Origin: Microcoleus sp.
GTDB lineage: Bacteria; Cyanobacteriota; Cyanobacteriia; Cyanobacteriales; Microcoleaceae
DNA: 64,000 nucleotides
NCBI GenBank assembly: GCA_042408215.1
Contig: JAYFMW010000017.1
Span: 672,001 to 736,000, forward strand
Direction: 5' to 3'
The notes below the pieces were generated by a model. That model was not told where the DNA came from, did not search any database, and saw only the letters and a program-made list of their open reading frames with translations. Positions within the stretch are counted from its first letter, which is position 1, and each line of letters begins with the position of its first letter. The position numbers and the translations under genes were made by a program. Positions 22,260 to 33,323 of the stretch are shown piece after piece.

Positions 22260-24230
22260 CTACGCACCCCCTCGCAACTTATCCAAAACCGCCCGATCTT
22301 CCAAAGTCGAAGTATCCCCTGTTACCTCTTGTCCCGCCGCCAAAGAACGCAGCAAACGCCGCATAATCTTCCCGCTGCGAGTCTTCGGTAAAGCCTCAGT
22401 AAATCGAATCTCTCCCGGACGGGCGATCGCCCCAATTTCCTTAACAACGTGCTGCTTCAATTCCTTAGCCAATTCATCGCTAGGTTGCTGCGTATTTTCC
22501 AGCGTCACAAAAGCCACAATTTCCTCACCCTTAATCTCATCAGGTTTACCAACAACCGCAGCTTCCGCCACCGCTGGATGAGATACCAAAGCTGATTCAA
22601 CTTCCATCGTACCGAGTCGATGTCCGGCCACATTAATTACATCGTCAACGCGACCCATTACCCAGAAATAACCGTCTTTATCCTTGTGCGCGCCGTCCCC
22701 TGCAAAGTACACAAATTCGCCATTTTTAGGCCGCAAATATTCCCAATAGGTGCGACGGAAGCGTTCGGGATCGTTGTAAAGCGTCCGCATCATGCCCGGC
22801 CAAGGATGTTTCACAACTAAATAACCGCCACTTTCATTAGTTACCGGTTCCCCGTCTTGGTCAACGACATCGGCAACAATTCCGGGGAAAGGAAGGGTTG
22901 CAGAACCGGGTTTTGTAGGAATTGCACCGGGTAAAGGGGTAATCATAATTCCGCCTGTTTCCGTTTGCCACCAAGTATCGACTATCGGACAATTCGAGTT
23001 GCCAATTATTCGGTAATACCACATCCAAGCTTCAGGATTAATCGGTTCGCCAACAGTTCCTAACAATCGCAAAGATGACAAATCTCTGGCTTTCGGGAAG
23101 TGTTCTCCCATTTTCATGAAAGTTCTGATTGCGGTGGGTGCAGTATAGAAAACGGTGACACCGTATTTTTCAATTACATCCCAAAAACAGCCTGGATTAG
23201 AATTGCGAGGAGCACCTTCATACATTAAAGTTGTCGCACCGTTGGACAGCGGCCCGTAGACAATATAACTGTGTCCAGTAATCCAGCCGACATCAGCAGT
23301 ACACCAGTAAACATCGGTATCTTGGAGGTCGAATATCCACTTGGTTGTCATGTGGGTATAAAGGTTATAACCACCGGTTGTATGGACGACACCTTTCGGT
23401 TTTCCGGTACTTCCAGAAGTGTACAGAATGAATAGCATATCTTCGCTATCCATCGGTTCGGCTGGACAATTTGCCGATACACCTTTTTGCAAATCGTGCC
23501 ACCAATGATCGCGCCCCGGTTCCATGTGAATTTTCTGTTTGGTGCGCTCAACTACCAGAACGTTTGTAACTGTTGGTACGGCATTATTTGCTAGTGCTTT
23601 GTCTACTTGTGCTTTGAGGCCGACGGCGGTATCTTTGCGGAAGCCACCATCAGCGGTGATGACGAGTTTTGCTTGGCCATCGTTGAGGCGATCGTGCAAT
23701 GCTTCGGCACTAAATCCGCCAAACACAACGCTGTGTACGGCACCGATTCTGGCGCAGGCTAGCATGGCGATCGCAGCTTCGGGTATCATCGGCATATAGA
23801 TACCGACGCGATCGCCCTTTTGGACTCCCAACTGTTTGATTACGTTGGCCATTTGGCAGACTTCGCGGTGGAGTTGCGCGTAGGTGAGGGTGCGGGAGTC
23901 TCCGGGTTCGCCTTCCCAAATGAGGGCGGCTTTATTCTTTCGCCAAGTTGTTAAATGGCGATCGAGACAATTGTAAGAAATGTTAATTTTACCATTGACA
24001 AACCATTTGGCAAAAGGCGGCTGCCAGTCGAGTACGGTATCCCATTTTTGGAACCATTCCAATTCTCGTGTGGCGAGTTCTGCCCAGAATGCTTCGGGGT
24101 CTGCTTTGGCTTTGTCGTAGAGGGCCTGGTACTCTGCTAGGCTTTTGATGTGAGCTTTTTGGGAGAATTCAGCGGGCGGCTGGAATAGGCGTTTTTCTTG
24201 CAGTATTGATTCGATGGTATCTTGTGACAT
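22260..24230 (-). CDS. acs: Acetyl-CoA synthetase
   Basis: [31 protein letters not shown]. Confidence 0.96.
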   Translation of the reverse strand: MSQDTIESILQEKRLFQPPAEFSQKAHIKSLAEYQALYDKAKADPEAFWAELATRELEWFQKWDTVLDWQPPFAKWFVNGKINISYNCLDRHLTTWRKNKAALIWEGEPGDSRTLTYAQLHREVCQMANVIKQLGVQKGDRVGIYMPMIPEAAIAMLACARIGAVHSVVFGGFSAEALHDRLNDGQAKLVITADGGFRKDTAVGLKAQVDKALANNAVPTVTNVLVVERTKQKIHMEPGRDHWWHDLQKGVSANCPAEPMDSEDMLFILYTSGSTGKPKGVVHTTGGYNLYTHMTTKWIFDLQDTDVYWCTADVGWITGHSYIVYGPLSNGATTLMYEGAPRNSNPGCFWDVIEKYGVTVFYTAPTAIRTFMKMGEHFPKARDLSSLRLLGTVGEPINPEAWMWYYRIIGNSNCPIVDTWWQTETGGIMITPLPGAIPTKPGSATLPFPGIVADVVDQDGEPVTNESGGYLVVKHPWPGMMRTLYNDPERFRRTYWEYLRPKNGEFVYFAGDGAHKDKDGYFWVMGRVDDVINVAGHRLGTMEVESALVSHPAVAEAAVVGKPDEIKGEEIVAFVTLENTQQPSDELAKELKQHVVKEIGAIARPGEIRFTEALPKTRSGKIMRRLLRSLAAGQEVTGDTSTLEDRAVLDKLRGGA

Positions 24231-24378
24231 CGTTTTTAACTTTAACTTCGGTTAGTCTTTTTAACTATTGTTTGCATAAGTTGGGGCAAAACTATGTTTA
24301 TTTTCATTAAGACTTTGAATACTTGTGTAAATGTTGCGATCGATTACCAATTACCTATTACCTATTACCGAATTTTCA

Positions 24379-24729
24379 TCAAACAGATACTGGATTGCCA
24401 TCAGCTTTGCTCATTGCATCTCTTGCCGATCTCAGTTTGCGGATTTTTTCATACACGGGACGAGGATTGCGACGTTGTTCTTCTTGCATTCTCTCGCCTC
24501 ATTCCAGCCATTCGGTTATGTACTGACCGACTGCTTCTTTGTTGTGCAGGTAATACAAAATTGTTGCATAAACCTGTTCCAGGGTGAGCGATGTATAAAT
24601 GTTAGCGATTTCTTCGGGAGTTCGAGCGCGAAACAGGTATTCATAAAGCATGGTTTCGATGCCAATGCGGGAACCTTGGAGCCGAATATCGTCAGGTCTT
24701 AGAAAGTTGAAGTGGTCTTCAAGTTGCAT
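24379..24729 (-). pseudogene. DUF433 family protein with premature TGA at 24499
   Basis: DDIRLQGSRIGIE...LEQVYATILYY; frame stays open 40 codons past the stop; followed by a MAIQYLFDEN stub. Confidence 0.7.
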
Positions 24730-24992
24730 GGCTGGTTGGGGGTGATATCTGGTATGATTATATCATCAGTAATCGTCTGTTTGGGGATTGATATTGTTTA
24801 CATTTTTTGGGGATTTTTTTAACCGCAGAGAGCGCAGAGAGCGCAGAGGAAGAGAGAGAGGAATAATTCTGATATCAACAGGTTTTAATGGCTGTTAACA
24901 CACGATCAATTACCTCCCAGATTTGAGTGGCAGGAATTGTTTTGCCAGTCATTTCTTTATGCCAAGTTTGAGGAAAGTATGCTATAATTGTT

Positions 24993-25262
24993 TTGTTAGA
25001 TTGTTCATTTTTATTACTTTCTGTTACTTCGGGAATCAGCACGATTACTTTTACTGCTTATAACAGTTTGCAGCAGCAATCGTCTGTTTGGGGATTGAGG
25101 ACGAAGGGACGTAACTATCAGTTTATTTGTCTGACGAGGGGAAATCCCTGCAATCAGATTTTACCGGAGTTGAGTTTGATTGATAGGGAGCGATCGCTCT
25201 TGTTGGCGCAAGTCTTGAAAGCGATTTGCAAGTTGCAGAATGTGCAGTTACAATTGGCATAA
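24993..25262 (+). pseudogene. Probable C-terminal remnant of a restriction-endonuclease-like protein
   Basis: AYNSL...SVWGLRTKGRNYQF...QVLKAICK resembles C-termini of cyanobacterial HsdR-N-like proteins; no convincing start. Confidence 0.4.
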
Positions 25263-25656
25263 GCAGGAGCGATCGCATCTAATGTTATCATGAATTGGGC
25301 GCAGGTTGCCGACAGCGCGATAAATTCATTCCGTTATTTTTTAAATCTCAACCTGAATTAGTCAATCTTAACATCTTAAATTAATAGAAAATAGGGCAAA
25401 TACTCCTGAAACTTCACAAAATTTGGATGCCATGAATCTTCCTTATTTAGAGCGTCACCCGATTGAATCTCAATGTTACAGCAAAATTTGAGAGCGATTT
25501 TTTTATGTAGAAGCGAATTCTATTCGCCCGGATTTTCTAATTTTTCAACCCGAAATAAATCAAATTTTATTAAAAGTTTACAAAATAATGATGACAAAGC
25601 ACAAATTTTGTATCTAAAATAAGAGACTGTTTGACCCTGAAACAAAAGGTAAGAAA

Positions 25657-26685
25657 ATGTCTGAACTTAGACAAAATCTAATTACCAGAGATTGGGTAAT
25701 TATCGCCACCGATCGCGCCAAAAGACCAGACCAATTCGCCAACCCAAAGCAATTGGTAGCAGGATTACCCCCCCACCGCCCCGATTGTCCGTTTTGCGTG
25801 GGAAATGAGGAAGACGGAACCTTAGAAACTTTCCGTTTGTGCGATCGCACCGGCTGGAAAGTCAGGGCCATCCGCAACAAATATCCCGCCCTCTCCCCGA
25901 CAACAGAACGCATGAGGATATCATCAGGAATTCACCGCACGATGTCGGGAATCGGAGTTCACGAAGTAATTGTCGAACACCCGCGACACGACTTGACAAC
26001 AGCTTTGTTGAGCATTAAAGATGTAGCAAACATACTTTTAGCATACCGCCAGCGTTATTCAGAAATTAGAAAATATCCCCACATTGAGACAATTATCATT
26101 TTCAAGAATCATGGGGAAAGTGCGGGAACTTCTCTCGAACACCCTCACTCCCAAATAGCAGCTACGCCCGTTGTACCCAGCCAAGTTCGCAGCCGCATCG
26201 ATGAAGCTGTCAGATATTTTGACGATACGGGAGACTGTTTATTTTGCCGTACTTTGGAAGATGAATTAGCGGCTGGTGAAAGAGTGATTTTTGAAAGTAA
26301 ACATTTTGTGGCTTTTATCCCTTACGCTGCGCTTTCACCGTTTCACATTTGGATTTTTCCGCGCCGACATTCTTCTTCATTTGATGACATTACCGATCCT
26401 GAGATTACTGACCTTGCTTATACTTTAAAAACTGTACTCGCCAAGCTTTATTATGGATTGAACAATCCCGATTACAACTATAATATCCGCTCTGTGCCGA
26501 CGACGGAACAAGCGACAAAATATTTTCACTGGTATATAGCTATTATTCCCAGAGTTTCTAAACAAGCTGGGTTTGAATTGGGTAGCGGGATGTTTATCAA
26601 TACTGGTTTGCCAGAAGAAAGTGCTGAGTTTTTGCGATCGATCGTAATTCCTATTAGCCCAGACTTGGGAGAGATTGAAAGTTAG
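25657..26685 (+). CDS. galT: Galactose-1-phosphate uridylyltransferase
   Basis: CPFC, NKYPAL, GTSLEHPHSQ (HxHxQ). Confidence 0.93.
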   Translation: MSELRQNLITRDWVIIATDRAKRPDQFANPKQLVAGLPPHRPDCPFCVGNEEDGTLETFRLCDRTGWKVRAIRNKYPALSPTTERMRISSGIHRTMSGIGVHEVIVEHPRHDLTTALLSIKDVANILLAYRQRYSEIRKYPHIETIIIFKNHGESAGTSLEHPHSQIAATPVVPSQVRSRIDEAVRYFDDTGDCLFCRTLEDELAAGERVIFESKHFVAFIPYAALSPFHIWIFPRRHSSSFDDITDPEITDLAYTLKTVLAKLYYGLNNPDYNYNIRSVPTTEQATKYFHWYIAIIPRVSKQAGFELGSGMFINTGLPEESAEFLRSIVIPISPDLGEIES

Positions 26686-26779
26686 TGCGTGGCGCATTTT
26701 GCGATCGATAGGATTTCTCAATTGTCTGCAACACAGGACACAGCAGTGCTGTGTCCCTACAAAATATCTATCAACAATA

Positions 26780-27079
26780 TCACAATAAACCTTCGACATA
26801 TCCCCAGTATTCTTCGCTACAATTAGCTCTCAATATATCTCTAATCTTAGCGTCGATCGCCAATTCACCATCACTAGAGTCACAACTGTCACCTGTTTCC
26901 CAACTGCTCTCAGAAAAATGCTGTTGCAGATGAGCTAGAGTATGAGCTAAATTGGCAAGAAAATGATGTTCATTTACCCATGCAGCCGGATCTGGTATTG
27001 CTGAACTTGCAGGAGTTCGATCGGCTAAATCATTTTTCCAAGCATCATCAGTCAGGTTTTTCATATCTGGGTCGATCAA
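26780..27079 (-). CDS. Hypothetical protein
   Basis: Acidic 99-aa ORF; start uncertain. Confidence 0.45.
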   Translation of the reverse strand: MIDPDMKNLTDDAWKNDLADRTPASSAIPDPAAWVNEHHFLANLAHTLAHLQQHFSESSWETGDSCDSSDGELAIDAKIRDILRANCSEEYWGYVEGLL

Positions 27080-27235
27080 AAACTAGAATCCAGAGGTAGT
27101 TTGTCATTGATCTGATGTTAATCTTAACTCTAAATTGCGTCGGCGATCGCGATCAGTCTACCCTTGTGACAAATTTGTGTATTTTTGGCGATCGCGATCG
27201 ACATCTGCTAGTAGATTGTGTGCTATGATACAACC

Positions 27236-28213
27236 TCAACTCCGGCGATCGGTAATTTTCACCTCCGGCAACATACATTTTGGCAGCATCCCGTGAACTC
27301 CTTTTTGAGGAGTGTTGACAACCTGCGTAATCCGAAAATTCGCAGCCAAAGAACACAAAACATAAGCATCTTCGGCACTCAAACCCACAAATTTTTCCAA
27401 CCAATAAATCGTCTGTTTTAGTGCCAATTCAAAAGCCTCATCTAAAGTCCTACCGAATCCCATCGTCACAATATCAGTAGGCGTTTCTGCAAAAGGAAAC
27501 ATCAGAAATAAATCCTTGCGGAGGATGATTTGAATCGTGCCATTCATCGAAGTTTCAATCGCAGTAACATCAATTTCGCCGTCTCCCTGTGCCGAATGTC
27601 CATCGCCGATCGAGAATAAACCGCCGCGCACAAAAACAGGTAAAAACAATCGCGTTCCCGGTTGCAATTCTCGGTTATCCATATTGCCACCGTAGCGCCC
27701 CGGAGGAATAGAAGAACGGTTAATTTCTGCATTAGCAACACCGAGAATGCCGAAGAATGGATGCAGCGGAATCCGAATCCCGCTACCTGCTGGAAATTCA
27801 GCAATCTTTTGCTCTAAATCAAGGAGAATAAATCGCAATTTAGGTTCAGAAAAATACTGCGGCAAAGCCCCCCATCCGGGACGAATTGCATTGAATCCCA
27901 CGGGCAAACTTGGGTAAACATCCTCTATTTTGATTTCTAAAACGTCTCCCGGTTCCGCGTTGTTAACATAAATCGGGCCGGTTAGCAAGTGCGGCCCAGG
28001 GCCAACTTTGCGATCCATCGACAAATTTTGACAAATATCTAAAAATTCCGGGGTGAGAAATTCCGGCGGTGCCTTGTCAGCAACGTAAAATCCCGAATAA
28101 GTTTCCACATCAATGCGATCGCCCGAATCAACGATTAAGGCTGGTTTAAGATTCGGAGAGAAACCGCCCAAATGTACAGTTTGGCAATTAGCCTTGAGAA
28201 GATGGTGAGTCAT
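27236..28213 (-). CDS. Acetamidase/formamidase family protein
   Basis: LTGPIYV, GGNMD, GDGHSAQGDGE. Confidence 0.92.
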   Translation of the reverse strand: MTHHLLKANCQTVHLGGFSPNLKPALIVDSGDRIDVETYSGFYVADKAPPEFLTPEFLDICQNLSMDRKVGPGPHLLTGPIYVNNAEPGDVLEIKIEDVYPSLPVGFNAIRPGWGALPQYFSEPKLRFILLDLEQKIAEFPAGSGIRIPLHPFFGILGVANAEINRSSIPPGRYGGNMDNRELQPGTRLFLPVFVRGGLFSIGDGHSAQGDGEIDVTAIETSMNGTIQIILRKDLFLMFPFAETPTDIVTMGFGRTLDEAFELALKQTIYWLEKFVGLSAEDAYVLCSLAANFRITQVVNTPQKGVHGMLPKCMLPEVKITDRRS

Positions 28214-28459
28214 ATCTATTTGAGATTTAAAATGGGAGATTATGTTAAGATTTTTACATCAGCCTGTTGACAAGAATGCAATATCTCAGTTACATTCTAG
28301 ATAAATTTTACCCGAAAATGGATTTTGCGATCGTGGGAGTGATGCCCGACGCCAACGGCATTGGCAAACCAGATATTTACATAGCAAAGTAATTTTGTCA
28401 TTCAGAGTGAAACGAAGAATCTCAAAGCCTTGTCACACCGTTACCAAGCGTAAGTCCTG

Positions 28460-28570
28460 AACTAATAATTAATAACTAATAACCAATCACCAATCACCAA
28501 TCACCAATAACTAATAACTAATCAACCAATAACTAATAACTAATAACCCATAACAAAGAACTAATAACTT
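28460..28570. repeat. STRR heptamer tract (TAACTAA/TCACCAA)
   Basis: Tandem 7-mers upstream of the phosphoesterase. Confidence 0.8.
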
Positions 28571-30364
28571 ATGTTTACACCACTCCCCGAAGAAATAGAA
28601 AATCCGAGAAATTCTCCTCGCAACCCCTGGTTTTTTGCTATCTTGCTGTTGATTATTCTATTGCTTGGTTTAGTTGTGAGGTCTTGTCTCAATAAACCCC
28701 AACTTCTAACCGAGCCATTTTTACAACTCCCAACAACAAATTCCGTGCGAGTGGTCTGGTTTACCGAATTTCCCGGGACTCGCAACACAGTCGCTTACGG
28801 CGAAAAATTGGATCGAATTGTCACTGCAACTACTGTTAAGCTAAGCCGCACTCGCGAAGACAAAGACTCGCGCATCTCCGATGAAATGAAACAGGGCATA
28901 ATTGATAGCCAAATTTTCCGCAATATCTGGCGTCACGAAGCGGAAGTTCCCAAATTAATACCAGGCGATCGCATTCCCTATTCAGTCACCAGCCAAAGAA
29001 AAGATGGCGAATCTGTCAGCAGCAAAATTTTCACACTTTCGCCGACACCGCTAGCAGGAACACCGCTGAAAATTCTCCTAACTTCCGATCATCAATTGAT
29101 GCCGATGACAGCAGCAAACATCCAGAAAGTAGCAGCAACAATTGACAGAGTTGATGGCATTTTCATGGCCGGTGACTTAATTAATATAGCCGATCGCGCT
29201 TCCGAATGGTTCGACGACAATCGCGGCCGCGCCTTCTTTCCCAGTCTCCAAGGGCGGGGCTTCTCCGAAATCGACAAAAACGGCATCAAAACAGTTTACA
29301 CCGGTGGCGAACTGATTCAACACGCGCCGCTTTTTCCCACCATTGGAAACCACGAAATTATGGGGCGCTTTTCCAAATCGAGAAAACTAGACGAGCAGTT
29401 TAACGACCCTTTCCCCCGCGCTGATGCTGAAAAAATCTACACTCAAAATGCCTCTAAATTGAATCCAAATAATGATTCAGAAGTGCGAGAAACTTGGATA
29501 AAAAACCAGAGTTTTAATAGCGATACCTACCATGAAATTTTTACTCTCCCCGGTAACAAAAATTACTATGCTGTCACTTTTGGCGACGTGCGCTTAGTCA
29601 CTTTGTACGTGACAAATATCTGGCGCACACCCAACTTAGATCCCGGTGCTAGAGGCAGATATCGGGAACGCGACGAAGATTTCAACAATCCCGAAAAATG
29701 GGGATACGGACAGCATATTTTTGAGCCAATTGTCAAGGGCAGCGCTCAATATAATTGGCTGAAAGAAGAACTAAATAGTCCCGAATTCCAGCAGGCAAAA
29801 TACAAAATTGTGATGTTTCACCACCCGCCACATTCTCTAGGCGACAATATTGTACCTGCTTATACTGACCCAGTGCAAATAGTCGATCGCGACGAACAAG
29901 GCAATATTAAAATGGTGCGTTACGAATATCCAAAAGCAAAAGATTATATGATTCGAGATGTCGTGCCTTTGCTAGAAAAAGCCGACGTACAGTTAGTATT
30001 TTACGGACATTCGCACCTGTGGAACCGCTTTGAAAGTGCTAGCGGAATGCACTTTTTAGAGACTTCTAATGTCGGTAATAGTTACGGTGCTTTTGCGGGG
30101 AAAAAACGCAGATTTGTGCCACCTGCGTATCGCGAAGATTACAGTGCAATTGGAGATCCCAATGGTTTAAATCCTGTGATGCCTACAATTGCGCCGCTGC
30201 TGGGAGAAGATGGTCTGTCACTGCCATATATTGACAGCAACGATATCACGGCTTTCAGCATTTTTGATACGGGTAATGGTGTGGTGAGTAGCTACTATTT
30301 TGATACGCGGAAACCTGAGTCAGATGTAGTGAAGTTTGATGAGTTTAAATTAAAAAATTCATAA
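28571..30364 (+). CDS. Membrane-anchored metallophosphoesterase (purple acid phosphatase-like)
   Basis: N-terminal TM; SDHQ, GDL, GNHE, GHSH motifs. Confidence 0.88.
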   Translation: MFTPLPEEIENPRNSPRNPWFFAILLLIILLLGLVVRSCLNKPQLLTEPFLQLPTTNSVRVVWFTEFPGTRNTVAYGEKLDRIVTATTVKLSRTREDKDSRISDEMKQGIIDSQIFRNIWRHEAEVPKLIPGDRIPYSVTSQRKDGESVSSKIFTLSPTPLAGTPLKILLTSDHQLMPMTAANIQKVAATIDRVDGIFMAGDLINIADRASEWFDDNRGRAFFPSLQGRGFSEIDKNGIKTVYTGGELIQHAPLFPTIGNHEIMGRFSKSRKLDEQFNDPFPRADAEKIYTQNASKLNPNNDSEVRETWIKNQSFNSDTYHEIFTLPGNKNYYAVTFGDVRLVTLYVTNIWRTPNLDPGARGRYRERDEDFNNPEKWGYGQHIFEPIVKGSAQYNWLKEELNSPEFQQAKYKIVMFHHPPHSLGDNIVPAYTDPVQIVDRDEQGNIKMVRYEYPKAKDYMIRDVVPLLEKADVQLVFYGHSHLWNRFESASGMHFLETSNVGNSYGAFAGKKRRFVPPAYREDYSAIGDPNGLNPVMPTIAPLLGEDGLSLPYIDSNDITAFSIFDTGNGVVSSYYFDTRKPESDVVKFDEFKLKNS

Positions 30365-30378
30365 ATTGCCAATAAAAA

Positions 30379-30575
30379 GTAGGGGCGGGTTTTACCAACC
30401 ATAACCGCCAAAAACTAATAATCCCGAAAACCCGCCCCCACCCAGTGTTAAACCTGAATGTACATTTTTTTCATTTAATAAAAGGCAAGGTTGATGTGGG
30501 TTGTCTGTTGGGTGGGGGCGGGTTTATGAGATTGTTTGTATGGCGTCAAATATTGTTGGTGAAACCCGCCCCTAC
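30379..30575. repeat. Composite GTAGGGGCGGGTTT REP element (four REP arms)
   Basis: Two inverted pairs; related inverted copy at 33091-33311. Confidence 0.8.
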
Positions 30576-31780
30576 AAAACCTTGTCCTTCGCCGGTGGTA
30601 CAACACCAATTTTATTTAAACCTGCATCAATATCCCTAAGTAATTGAAAATCTGCTTCGGGTAAAAGACTAACATCAGAGTGTTTTTCCAGAAAAGAAAA
30701 TGCTTGCCGAAATTCACGGGGGTTTGTGGCGATCGCACAATCAAAGTGACAGGGTATAATTCTTTCAAAATCCCAACTCGCAACCCGATTAGCCCAATCG
30801 AGAGTTTCCTGTGGCGCGCGATTGAGAATCAAAGCTTGCAAAATCGGTGCGACAAACAATCGCCCTCCTCCCCGCAAAGCCTCAAACGATCGCCCCCAAT
30901 CCATTTTCCACAGGAACGGAAACAACCCGAAATAGGCTTTTCTAGAGCGTTCTGGGGCTTTGAGAGCATTGCCTAACACGGAGCTCCACGGGTGAATTTC
31001 CAACACGCTAGGGCGAAAATACATGGCAAATAGAGCAATTCTCTGCCATCCTTTGCGCCGATTTTCCTGAGTGTCTTCCACGATATCCGAGGCGCTGTCT
31101 TTGGCGTGAAACAGCAGCGGGTAAGAGTCGAATTGGACGATCGCCGGTGGATAATCTGAGATTGAAACCAGGGAATCTGTTACCATCAGCGTGCGCGATC
31201 GCCTGTGAAACAGCGCCACTTCCGCAAACCAACCTAAACGAAGGTCGATCGGGCCAAGAATCGCCAAATCAAATTGATCGCCAAAAGGCGTTTCACTGCT
31301 GTCAAATGGCAATACAGACGTGCGTTTAGCGGGAAAACCCAGCCAACTCAGCGGCAAATTCAGCGGAAAACTCCACTGCTGCGGGGCGACAAACACCTGG
31401 GCGCCGGGAAAACACCTCGCAAAAGGGCCAACAAAAACCTTGTGTTCAATGCCCGAAATAGTTGTCAACAAGATATACTTAACCTCACCGTGTTCTGCTA
31501 CCAACTCATTTAGCAAGCGGATACATTCAGGAGTCGGCGCAACAGGGGCGTAGACGAGAAGGCCTTCAGGTTCGAGTTTAATCACCGTCATCCGAATCGG
31601 GACAATGACATAGAAAACACCCTGAAGTTGGTCAAAAGTCCAGATTGTGTCCTTAACTATTTCCTTGCGGATCGTCCGCCGCTTACCATAGGGATATATG
31701 GGGACGATCGGCCAAAAAGGCCATGAGAAGTCCCTAGAATCAATCTGCTCTGATGTTGTAGTACCTTCACCTTCTGTCAC
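30572..31780 (-). CDS. DUF4336 family protein
   Basis: WPFWPIVPIYPYGKRRT, EHKVFVGPFAR, IIPCHF. Confidence 0.85.
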   Translation of the reverse strand: MTEGEGTTTSEQIDSRDFSWPFWPIVPIYPYGKRRTIRKEIVKDTIWTFDQLQGVFYVIVPIRMTVIKLEPEGLLVYAPVAPTPECIRLLNELVAEHGEVKYILLTTISGIEHKVFVGPFARCFPGAQVFVAPQQWSFPLNLPLSWLGFPAKRTSVLPFDSSETPFGDQFDLAILGPIDLRLGWFAEVALFHRRSRTLMVTDSLVSISDYPPAIVQFDSYPLLFHAKDSASDIVEDTQENRRKGWQRIALFAMYFRPSVLEIHPWSSVLGNALKAPERSRKAYFGLFPFLWKMDWGRSFEALRGGGRLFVAPILQALILNRAPQETLDWANRVASWDFERIIPCHFDCAIATNPREFRQAFSFLEKHSDVSLLPEADFQLLRDIDAGLNKIGVVPPAKDKVL

Positions 31781-31993
31781 TCTGCGCCCCCTTCCCGAAT
31801 TTCTGATTGAACTATTGTTAGTTATAGATTAAGTTATCCCCTTTATCAATCAGTATCAGAATTATGCATCTCTCTCTTCTCCGACTCTGCGCCCTCTGCG
31901 CCCTCTGCGGTTAAAACATCCAGAAACAACCGTAAACAATAGGACCTATCCTGATACAATAATAAGTTGGCAAAAACGATCGACTTAATAGCT

Positions 31994-33073
31994 ATGACAC
32001 AAAACTACCGCATCACTCTTTTACCCGGAGACGGAATCGGCCCTGAAATTATCGCTGTGGCGGTAGACATACTGAAAATTGTCGGCCAACAATTCGACAT
32101 CGGATTTGAATTTGAAGAAGCTTTAATGGGAGGAACTGCTATTGACAAAACTGGGAATCCACTCCCTGAAGAAACTCTAGAAATGTGCCGGAACAGCGAT
32201 GCTGTATTATTAGCAGCAATTGGCGGTTACAAGTGGGATAATTTGCCCCGCGAACAGCGCCCGGAAACAGGATTGTTAGGGCTGCGTGCAGGATTAGGAT
32301 TGTTTGCTAATTTGCGTCCAGCGACTATTTTACCACAATTGATTGACGCTTCTTCTTTGAAACGGGAAATTGTGGAAGGCGTGGATATTATGGTCGTCCG
32401 CGAACTGACTGGGGGAATTTATTTTGGGAAGCCGAAGGGTATTTTTGAGACGGAAACTGGGGAAAAACGCGGTGTCAATACAATGGCTTATACCGAGTCG
32501 GAAATTGACCGAATCGGGCGAGTAGCTTTTGAGACGGCCAGGAAGCGCGGGAACAGGTTATGTTCGGTGGATAAAGCGAATGTTTTGGATGTTTCGCAAC
32601 TGTGGCGCGATCGGATTATTGCCCTTTCTCAAGAATACCCCGATGTCGAACTTTCTCACCTCTACGTTGACAACGCATTAATGCAGTTAATTCGCTGGCC
32701 GAAACAGTTCGATACAATTGTGACCAGCAATTTATTCGGCGACATTCTTTCCGATGCGGCGGCGATGTTAACTGGTAGTATTGGAATGCTACCTTCTGCT
32801 AGTTTGGGAGCAACAGGCCCGGGAGTTTTTGAACCCGTTCACGGTTCAGCGCCGGATATCGCCGGACAAGACAAAGCAAATCCGCTCGCCCAAGTTTTGA
32901 GTGCAGCCATGATGTTACGCTATGGATTGAATCAACCGGAAGCTGCGAATAAGATTGAGCAAGCGGTTGTGGAAGTTTTGGATCGAGGTTATCGCACTGG
33001 CGATATCATGTCGGAAGGCATGAAAATCGTCGGCTGTCGGGCGATGGGCGATGCTTTGATTGAAGTTTTGTAA
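31994..33073 (+). CDS. leuB: 3-isopropylmalate dehydrogenase
   Basis: [29 protein letters not shown]. Confidence 0.96.
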   Translation: MTQNYRITLLPGDGIGPEIIAVAVDILKIVGQQFDIGFEFEEALMGGTAIDKTGNPLPEETLEMCRNSDAVLLAAIGGYKWDNLPREQRPETGLLGLRAGLGLFANLRPATILPQLIDASSLKREIVEGVDIMVVRELTGGIYFGKPKGIFETETGEKRGVNTMAYTESEIDRIGRVAFETARKRGNRLCSVDKANVLDVSQLWRDRIIALSQEYPDVELSHLYVDNALMQLIRWPKQFDTIVTSNLFGDILSDAAAMLTGSIGMLPSASLGATGPGVFEPVHGSAPDIAGQDKANPLAQVLSAAMMLRYGLNQPEAANKIEQAVVEVLDRGYRTGDIMSEGMKIVGCRAMGDALIEVL

Positions 33074-33090
33074 AGTCGATCAATGGCCTG

Positions 33091-33311
33091 GTAGGGGCGG
33101 GTTTTACGAATAATATTTGACGCACACAAACAATCTCATAAACCCGCCCTCACACAATTAATAATCTCGATCAACCTTGACTTTGATCGAATGAAAAAAA
33201 TGTACTTTTGATTAAATATAAAAAATGTACATTGAGGTTGACTGCTGGGTTGGGGCGGGTTTTTGAGATTGTATGTTTTTGGCAATTCTGGTTGGTAAAA
33301 CCCGCCCCTAC
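33091..33311. repeat. Composite GTAGGGGCGGGTTT REP element
   Basis: GTAGGGGCGGGTTTTAC...GTAAAACCCGCCCCTAC with an internal pair. Confidence 0.8.
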
Positions 33312-33323
33312 AGGAATTGGGGT

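Noticed and set aside
27142..27252. Three GGCGATCG motifs at 45-55-nt spacing after the acetamidase gene
   Set aside because: Identity is limited to HIP1 cores, which are abundant throughout the window
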